Positions 55,251-64,000 of a DNA stretch of 64,000 bases are shown piece by piece. The position numbers and the translations under genes are program-made. The DNA is from the human T2T-CHM13v2.0 reference genome, Homo sapiens: the NCBI RefSeq assembly GCF_009914755.1, contig NC_060927.1. One strand, 5' to 3'. The notes below the pieces were generated by a model that did no database searches, was not told where the DNA came from, and worked only from the letters and a program-made list of their open reading frames with translations. Position 1 is the first letter of the stretch. Every line of letters begins with the position of its first letter.

Positions 55251-58200
55251 ATATTTTAGGATATGTGCCACGTGGCAATGGGAAAAATGTATATTCTATT
55301 GTTTTTGAGTGGTGAGTACTGTAGATGTCTATCAGGTCCACTTGATCCAGTGCTGAGTTTAGGTGCTGAATATCTTCACTAATTTTCTGTCTTGATACTC
55401 TATCTAATATTGTCAGTGGGATGTTAAATTCTCCCACTGCCATTATGTGGGAGTCTAAATCTCTTTGAAGGTCTCTAAGAACTTTCTTTATGAATTTGGG
55501 TGCTCCTGTGTTGGGTGAATATGTATTTATGATAGATCATCTTGTTGAATTGAACCCTTTACCATTATGTAATGCACTTTGCCTTATTTGATCTTTGTTG
55601 GTTTAAAGTCTATTTTGTCTGAAACTAGGATTGCAACCCCTGCTTTTTTTCTATTATCCATTTGCTTGGTAGATTTTTCTCCATCCCTTTATTTTGAGCC
55701 TATGTGAGATGAATCTCTCGAAGACAGCATACCAGTGGGTCTTCATTATCCAACTTTCCACTCTGTGTCTTTTAATTGGGTCATTTAGCCCATTTACATT
55801 CAAGGTTAGTATTGATATGTGTGAATCTGATCCTGTCATCATGATGTTAGCTGGCTATTTTGCAGACTCGTATATGTGGTTGCTTCATAGTGTTACTGGT
55901 CTGTGAATTTCAGTGTGTTATGGTAGTGGCTGGTACATCTTTTCCTTCCATGTTTAGTGCTTCTTTCAGCTCTTGTAAGGCAGGTCAGGTGGTAGTGAAT
56001 TCCTTTAGTATTTGCTTGTCTGAAAAGGATCTTATTTTTCCTTACTTATGAAGCTTAGTTTGGCCAGAAATGAAATTCTAGGTTGCAATTTCTTTTCCTT
56101 AAGAATGTTGAATATTGGCCCTCAATCTCTTCTGGCTGGTAGGGTTTCTCCTAAGTGGTTCACTTGTTAGTCTGATGGGCTTCCCTTGGTAGATAACCTA
56201 ACCCTTCTGTCTAGCTGCTTTTAACATTTTTTTCTTTTATTTCAATCTTGGAGAATCTGATGATTATGTGTCTTGGGGATGTTCTTCTTGTGAAGCATCT
56301 TACTGAGGTTGTTGGCATTTCCCGAATTTGAATGTTGGCCTCGCTAGCTAGGTTGGGGAAGTTCTCAGGGATGCTATCCTGAAATACGTTTTCCAAATTG
56401 GTTCCATTCTCCTCATCTCTTTCAGGGACAACAGTGAGTCACAGATTTTGTCTCTTTACATAACCCCGTATTGCTTGGAGGTTTTGTCTAGTCCTTCTCA
56501 TTTTTTCCTCTATTCCTTTCCGACTGTCTTATTTCAGAAAGCCAAGCTTCAAGCTCTGAGATTCTTTCCTCTGCTTGATCTATTCTGCTGTCAATAATTA
56601 TGATTTCATTATGAAACTCTTGTAGTGTGTTTTTAAGCTCTATCAGGTCACTTATGTTCTTTCCTATATGGCCATCTTGTCTCTCAGTTCCTGCATTGTT
56701 TTACAATTTTTAGCTTTGTTGGATTGGGTATCAACATTTGGTACTCTTGCATCTCAATGATCTTCATTCCTATCCATATTTTGAATTCTATTTCTGTCAT
56801 TTCAGCCATCTCAGCCCTGTTCAGAACCTTTGCTGGAGAGGTGACACAGTCATTTGGAGGAAAGGAGGCACTGTGGCCTTTTGAATTGTCAGGGTGCTTG
56901 TGCTGATTCCTTCTCAACTTTGTGGGCTTAGCTACCTTCAATCTTTGAGGTTGCTGACCTTAGGATTTTTATTCTTTTATCCTATTTGATGACCTTCAGA
57001 GTCTAATTGTGGTATAAGGTGGATTCAGCCAACTGACTTCATTTCTGGGAGATTTTAGTGGGGCAACACTCAGTTCCCAAATCCTAGACTGCATGCTGTA
57101 GCTCCAGGGGACTTGTATCGGGACCTGACTTTGTTCTCTGGCTTCTTGAGGTTAGGAATCCACAGTGTTGGAGGTGGCTAAGTGCTCCCAGACCACTGGT
57201 TCTTATACTCTGATGAGTGGTATCAGCCAAAGCATTTCATAGTGTGGTGACAGTGGGATCCGTCCTTGTAGTGGCAGGTATGGCAGAGCGCTTGTGGGTG
57301 CTGGGGTGCCTGCCTCCCTGCAGGCATTCACCACAGTGGTGGAGGCAATGCACCTGATGGGGATGGGCTGCTGGCAACTGTGCATAGTCATTCTGGAGAT
57401 GGTGGTGGCTTGGGGGTAAGGTGCTGACAGGCACAGGTCTGGGTGTCTTCTCTGTGCCCCACAAGCAGGAGTGGTTGCTCAGGATAGGGGGGGATCTGCT
57501 GTTCTCCACACAGTGTTAGTGTAAGAGTGGGGCACTGGTGGGAGCGATGCTGGCTGGCTCAGTGCATGCCAAGACTATATCTGCAATGGCAGTTGGCAAG
57601 TCGGAGGGGGAATAGGGGCAGACTGCACTCCTGTGCTCTGGCAAGGCAAGGAAAGCAAAACCTGCTTTCACAAACACATGCCAGCAAAGCAATGTGGGGA
57701 GTTCCGTGGGCCCAAGGGAAGCTGCAGTATAGGGAGGGAACATGGGGACTGGTGAGTGGCTGTAGGGGTCCACAAGCTAAAGCTGTTGGCAGGTCAGTCA
57801 TGGTCGGCCAGTGCAGAAGCTATGGTGCAGGCCCCCAGGGCACCTGAGACTCCCCTGCAAGAGGTATGGCGAGGCTGTCCCCCACTCCCACGAAAGGCCA
57901 ACAGCCCAAGGGGTGCTCAGGTTGGACTACCCCTGTCTGATGGGCAAGACCGCTCTCCAGAGCAGTCAGACAATTCCCCTAGGGCTAAAGTCTCCTTTGG
58001 GAGCAAGTTGAGCCTAGGGAGATGGCCATCCTTGAGCATGCCCTCTATAGATGCTCCCACACCAAATCTTCTGGGCTCCACATCATTTTGCTTGCTGCTC
58101 CTACCACTTCTCCAAGCAGCTCTTCCTGACAACTCGAGTATCTGTGGTGGTCGAGGGATTTCCTCCTGCAGGGGTTTCAGAGGCCCATGGTAAGAGTAAG

Positions 58201-60472
58201 TTGCTCCTTGCCAGTTCAACTTACTTGTTCCCCTGGAGCTGTTGTGGGTCAGAAACAAGTCCTGATGCATGGTAGTCCCATGCAGAGTTCCCAGCTTTCT
58301 CCCACTTCAGCACAGCTTCTGTGTCTTCCCTCCATCCACTCTCAGTGCCTTCCTTCTGAAGATCTGTTAGGAGTGTGCCAGTCGTCTCGTTCCCTCGGTG
58401 AGAGTTGTTTCACCTGGCTCCATCTAGTCAGCCATCTTGCCCTCCCTGACCTACACTGTGAGCTTTTTTCCAAGAAAAAACATAGCAGTTCAACATGAAA
58501 GGCAAAGAAAACTTCAGATACTGAGAAAAAGAAAGCAGGCAGCAGCTCATCTGGTGGGGTCTGGCAGAAAATTGTGAGTGAATCATCAATGCATGATACA
58601 GGGAGTAACTGTCTCTGTGATACACATTCTCACTGAAGATCCAGGCAATCCAGGCCACAGGGGAGCTCCCTGACCCTTTTTCACCCTGTATCTGACTTGG
58701 AGAGCAGTCAGGAGACTGTGAAAAAGAATAGCACTGGGAAGTATCCTACGCATGCTCCCAGACCTAGGCACTGATAGAAGGATGCCATTTCTGATCCTAG
58801 CTCACATGGGAACCTACCAACTAGCAGAGGTAGACATCACTTGTTATGAGGGTCTTAGGCCAGGATTTGCAATCTGGTCTTGAGAAGGGGAGGAAACTCC
58901 ATATCCAGAACTGAGGGGTGATTGTGGAATGGGCTCCAGCCTTGGGCACTGAAGTTTCTTGCTCTGCTCTAATGAGACGGGACTGGGAAGGGTTTACCCT
59001 GAGAGGTGTGGTTTTGACCTGGCTGTGTGTTTTGTGGCCTGGTATGGATTCATGGTCTGAAGGCTTTGTTACTTGGCTAACTACCTCAACTTGCTGCCAG
59101 TGTCAAGTCATGAGAGAGAGACTTGCCAGGCTGGAGGCATGAGAATAAAGTAGGTCCCACTACCACTTGCTAGGCTGTAGAGTTCTAGCTGCCCTCTTTC
59201 CCTGTGCTAGGTCTTTGGCATGACAGCAGTTATTCCACTTCTTGCTGGGGCATTTTTTCAGGGACCATGGACTGCTCCCATCCGCTATTGGGGCTGGGGC
59301 TTGCATCAACCACTAGGGGACCCAAATGCAGGCATGCCTGGCCCAGCCCTGCCTAGGTTCTCTCCCTCACCCCCTTGAGGGGCAGAGCACAGGACCAGGA
59401 CTACTGAGTGTTCTACGGTCCAATCCATTGCCTGGGACATCAGAGTACTTCTCCTCATTAACAAAGGTCAAGTATAAACACTACTGTCACTACTGCAGCT
59501 GACTGTCACTTGTAAGCACCACCTACTGGCCTAGAGGTTGATCTGCATGGCCCATTACAACATGTGCTAATGCAAGTGCACAGTGCTCAAGAAGGAGACA
59601 AGCTTCATGTGACCTCTGCTACCACCATTGCCCATGCCATTCTTGCTATTCAGGAGACTTTGAGCATGCCAACCTCCCCAGTACCTCAATACTACAACTG
59701 GCATTTGAGAAAGATACCACATATCCAAGGAAATCATACAAAGTCTATACTACTGAATATAAACAAAAGTAAAGCCATATGGCCCAACTTAACATACATC
59801 ACAATCACACCTTCAAGAAAAAATGTCCTACACCAAAGAAAGTAAATTCAAAAATAATAATAAGAGAATGATTCTCCAGATGCCTCAGCATAATAATATT
59901 GGAAATATGAATAAGCAGGATTCTATGACATCCCCAAGAGAACATAGTAACTCTGTAACAATGGATCCTCTCTAAAATAAACATTTTAAAATGCCAGATA
60001 AATAAATTAAAATATTGATTTTAAAGAAGCTCAATGAGATGCAGAGAAATCTGAAAACCAATAAAAAGAAATCTGAAAACCAATAAAAAGAAATCAGAAA
60101 GGCAATTCAGTATATGATCAAGAAATTGACCAAGGAGACTGATTTAAAAAAAACAAACAAGCAAACCTGGAACTCCTGCTCCTGGAAATTAAAAATTCAT
60201 AGAAAGAATTACAAAATACAGTTGAAAGCTTCAACAATAAACTAAACCAAACAGAAGAGAGTATCTCACAACTGGAACACAGATCTTTTGAATTGATCCA
60301 CTCAGACAAAAATAAAGAGAAAAGAATAGAAAAGAATGAACAAAGCCTTCAAGAAATATAGAAGTACATAAAGCAATCAAACTTAGAATTCATTGGTATT
60401 CTTAAGGGAGAAGAAAAAGCAACAAATTTGGAAAACCTATTTAAGGAAATAATTGATGAAAATCTCCCTAGT

Positions 60473-60473
<1 letters not shown>

Positions 60474-60510
<37 letters not shown>

Positions 60511-60798
60511 TGGCAGGGTCTTACTCTGTTCCCCATGCTGGAGTGCAATGGCATGATCATGGCTCACTGCAGCCTCAACATCTCTGGGCTCAGATGATCC
60601 TCTCACCTCAGCCTCCTGAGTAGCTGGGACAATAGGTGCACCCCACCATGCCTGGCTAATTTTTCTATTTTTCATATTTTTGTAGAGATGGGGTTTTTCC
60701 ATGTTGCCCAGGCTGGTTTCTAACTCCTGGGCTCAAGCAATCTCCCTGTCTCAGCCTCCCAAAGTGCTGGGATTACAGGCATGAGCCACCACACTCAG
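60474..60798 (-). mobile_element. AluJ in L1 ORF1
   Basis: Long poly-T; ctgggctcaagcaatc J-type; TSD ctccctagt/ttccctagt. Confidence 0.92.
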
Positions 60799-61960
60799 TA
60801 CTTCCCTAGTCTTGCAAGAGATTTAGACATCTAGGTACAAGAGGCCCAATAAACACTAGAAAATACATTGCAAGACAAACTTCATCGTAACATATAGTCA
60901 TCAGACTGACTAAAGTCAATGTGAAGGAAAAAAATCCTAAAATCAGCAAGAGAAATGCATCTAGTTACCTATAAAGGAGACCTCATCAGACTAACCGTGG
61001 ACTTCTCAGCAGAAATAAACCTTACAAACCAGAAGAGACTGGGATACTATTTTCAGAGTGCTTAAAGGAAAAAAAAATTGTCAACAAAAAACTTTTTATC
61101 CTGGCAGAATAAGATTCATAAATGAAGCTGAAATAGTCTTTCCTACATGGGGAAATGTTGAGGGAATTTGTCACCACTATACCAAACCTGCAAAAAATGC
61201 TCGAAAGAGTTCTAAACACAAAAACAAAATGTCAATATTTACCATCATAAAAACACATGAAAGTCAAAAACTCACAGGTCTTATACACAAAGGAAGAAGA
61301 GAAAGAAATCAAATGACATCACAGAACTCCACCAAACCACAAAGACGTAGGGGGAAGAAAAAAACCAAAGAATCCACAAAACAACTATATAACAATGAAC
61401 ATTATGACCAGAAATACAACCTCAAATATCAATATAACTTTGTATGTAAATGAATTAAATGATCTACTTAAATGATATAGACTAGAATAATGAATTTTAA
61501 AAAATAAACCAACTGCATACTGCTTATAAGAAATTCATCTTATGAAATTTGAAATTCACCTTATGAAATTCACCTTATGAAACCAACTGTATATTGCTTT
61601 TAAGAAATTTACCTTGATGGTAAATAAATGGAAAAAATCTATTTCATGCAAACGAAAACAAAAAACAAGCAGAGGTAGCTATACTTACATCAGATAAAAC
61701 AGACTTTAAGTCAAAGAAAGTAAAAAAAAGACAAAGATGATTATATAATGATTGAGGTATCAATTCAACAAGAGGTTATAACAATCCCAAATATATAAGC
61801 ACTCAATACCAGAGCACCCAGATTCATAAAACAAATATTACTAACTTAACGAAAGAGATAGACAACAACACAATAATAGTGGGAGATTTCAACACCCTAC
61901 TTACAGCACTAGACAAATCATCCAAGGCAGAAAATTAACAAACACAATTGAAAACTTGAC

Positions 61961-62242
61961 TTTTTTTTTTTTGAGATGCAGTCTCACTTTGTCACCCAGG
62001 CTGGAGTCCACTGGCGCGATCTCGGCTCACTGCAACCTCCACCACCCAGAATCAATTGATTCTTCTGCCTCAGCCCCCCAAGTAGTTGGGATTATATGCG
62101 CCTGCCACCGTGCCCTGCTAATTTTTGATGGGGGATTTCGCATTGTTGCCCAGGCTGGTCTTGAATTTCTGGGCTCAAGCCATCTGCCTGCCTCAGCCTC
62201 TGAAAGTGTTGGGATTACAGGTGTAAGCCACCACACCTGGCC
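61961..62242 (-). mobile_element. AluJ-type in L1 ORF2
   Basis: Poly-T, dimer, ends cctggcc; imperfect TSD aaacttgacttt/aaatttggcttt. Confidence 0.9.
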
Positions 62243-64000
62243 TTAAATTTGGCTTTAGACTAAATGGACCTAACACACATGTACAGAACTTTCTATCCAA
62301 CAACCACAGAATGTACATTCTTTTCGTTAGCAGTCCCCAAAATAGACTGACCATATGTTAGGCCAAAAAACAAGTCTCGATAAATTTTTAAATACAAAAT
62401 TATATCAAGTGTATTTTCAGACCACAGCAGAATGAAACTAGAAAGCAGTATCAAGAGGAGCACTTTAAACTATACACATGTGTAGAAATTAAATAACATG
62501 CCCTTGAATGATCTTTGAATCAATGAAGAAATAAGATGGCTATTTTAAAAATTGTTGAAATGAATAAAAATGGAGACAAAACATACCAAAACCTGTGGGA
62601 TACAGCAAAAACAGCGCAAAAAGGGAGGCTTATAGCATTAAAAGCCTACATAAAAAAAATACAGCACAACTTAACAACATACTGTTGCACTTCAGGGAAC
62701 TATAAAAACAAGAAGAAACCAAAAGCAAAGCGAGTGGAAGAAAAGGCATAATAAAGATCATAGCAGAACTAAATGAATAAATGAAACTGAGACAAAAAAA
62801 TCCAAAGGATCAATAAAATGAAAAGATGATTATTTAAAAAGATAAACAAAATTGATAAACTGTTTGCTAGACTAACCAAAAAAATTAGAGAAGAGATTGT
62901 AATAAACATAATCAGAAATGAAGGAGACATTACGACTGATACAATAGAAATACAAAAGATCATGAGACTACTATGAACAATTATATACTCACAAACTAAA
63001 AAACATGGAAGGAATAAATGAATACCATTTCCCAAGTTGTGCCAGAAAAAAATTAAAATCCTGAGCACACCAAGAAAGAGTAGTGAGATTGAATCAATAA
63101 TAAAAAATCTTCCAACAAAACCAAAAACCCCAGGACAATGCACAAATTCCATCAAACATAAAATAACTAGTACCAAACGTGTTGAAACTGTTCCAAAAAA
63201 TTGAGGAGAAGGGAATCCTCCCTAACTCATTCTATAAGCCAGTATCACCCTGATAACAAAGACAGACAAGGACACAAGGAAAAAATAAAACTATAGATCA
63301 ATATCCCTGATGAACATAGATGCAAAAATCTTCAGCAAAATGTTACCAAACCGAATCCATGAGTGTCTCAAAAAGATAATACACTATAATCATGTGGGTT
63401 TGATTCCAAGGATGAAAAGATGGTTCAACATATACAAATCAATACATGTGATTCATCATAAACAGAATTTAGAGTAAAACCACATGATCATCTTAATACA
63501 TTCAGAAGAAACATTTGATAAAGTTCAGCATCCCTTCATGATAAAAATCCTCAACAAACTAGGCATAGAAGGAACATAGCTCAAAATAATAAAGGCCATA
63601 TATAGATATATAGCAAGCTCACAGCCAACGTCATATTGAATGGGGAAAAATGTTTAAAGCAATCCCCTAAGGACAGGAACAAGACAAGGATGCCTATTTT
63701 CACCTCTGCTATCAACATAGTAGTGGAAGTCCTAGCCAAAGCAACCAGAAAAGAGAAAGAAATAAAAAGCATCCGAATTGGAAAAGAGGAAGTAAAATTA
63801 TTTCTGTTCACTAGCAATATGATCTCAAAAACCCTAAAGACTCCTCCAAAAAACTCTTAGATTTGATAAATGAATTTTAAAAAGTTTCAGGATATGAAAT
63901 CAATGTACAAAAACCAGTAGCATTTCTATACACTAAGAACAATCAAACTCAGAACCAAATCAAGAAGGCAAGCCCATTTACAATAGCTACAAAAAAAAAA

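Larger units (their letters stand above)
51065..58448 (-). mobile_element. Near full-length L1PA13-16-like LINE-1 (decayed), containing a foreign insert
   Basis: 3'UTR gtaaacttgtgtcatgg..cccaggtattaagcctagt..ctcccaccctccaccctc; ORF2 RT fragments (52973-53248 [21 protein letters not shown]); endonuclease 55654-55842 (ISILTLNVNGLNDPIKRHR); ORF1 56211-56396; 5' end GGGCAAGATGGCTGACTAGATG. Confidence 0.95.
58451..64000 (+). mobile_element. L1 (L1PB/L1MA-type): 5'UTR, ORF1 and ORF2 up to the RT region; continues past window end
   Basis: ORF1-like sequence at ~59900-61230; ORF2 fragments 62536-62751 (TYQNLWDTAK) and 63636-63860 (INIVVEVLAKATRKEKEIKSIRIGKEEVKLFLF). Confidence 0.93.

Noticed and set aside
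57203-58498. Cluster of overlapping ORFs in GC-rich sequence suggesting a gene or CpG island
   Set aside because: L1 5'UTR; CpG-depleted, and ORFs on both strands reflect low stop-codon frequency.

Overview
This is primate (catarrhine, most likely human or great ape) non-coding genomic DNA, AT-rich and dominated by transposable elements. I found no protein-coding exon, CpG island, RNA gene or CRISPR-like system that I can support. The ORFs I could assign come from decayed L1 ORF1/ORF2, Tigger1 transposase, Alu/LTR sequence or microsatellites; the rest are short and unrecognised. Content: four large L1 remnants, about 16 Alus, MaLR/ERV solo LTRs (THE1, MST, MLT1, LTR12, LTR16, LTR33), DNA transposons (near full-length Tigger1, Tigger3a, MER63), MIR and L2. 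The most notable structures are: (1) a ~740-bp non-L1, polyadenylated, 3'UTR-like retrocopy inside an L1PA15/16-like element, with a 69-bp inverted copy of its 5' junction 414 bp downstream; (2) a perfect, spacerless 68-bp AT-rich palindrome; (3) a multi-layer nested and deleted junction (L1/MST/Alu/LTR12); (4) a head-to-head Alu pair 61 bp apart; (5) a THE1 LTR inside an Alu inside an older LTR. Repeat family names are from recalled consensus sequences, not a database search, so subfamily calls are tentative. I found no convincing novel biological system, only mechanistic traces of retrotransposition and repair.
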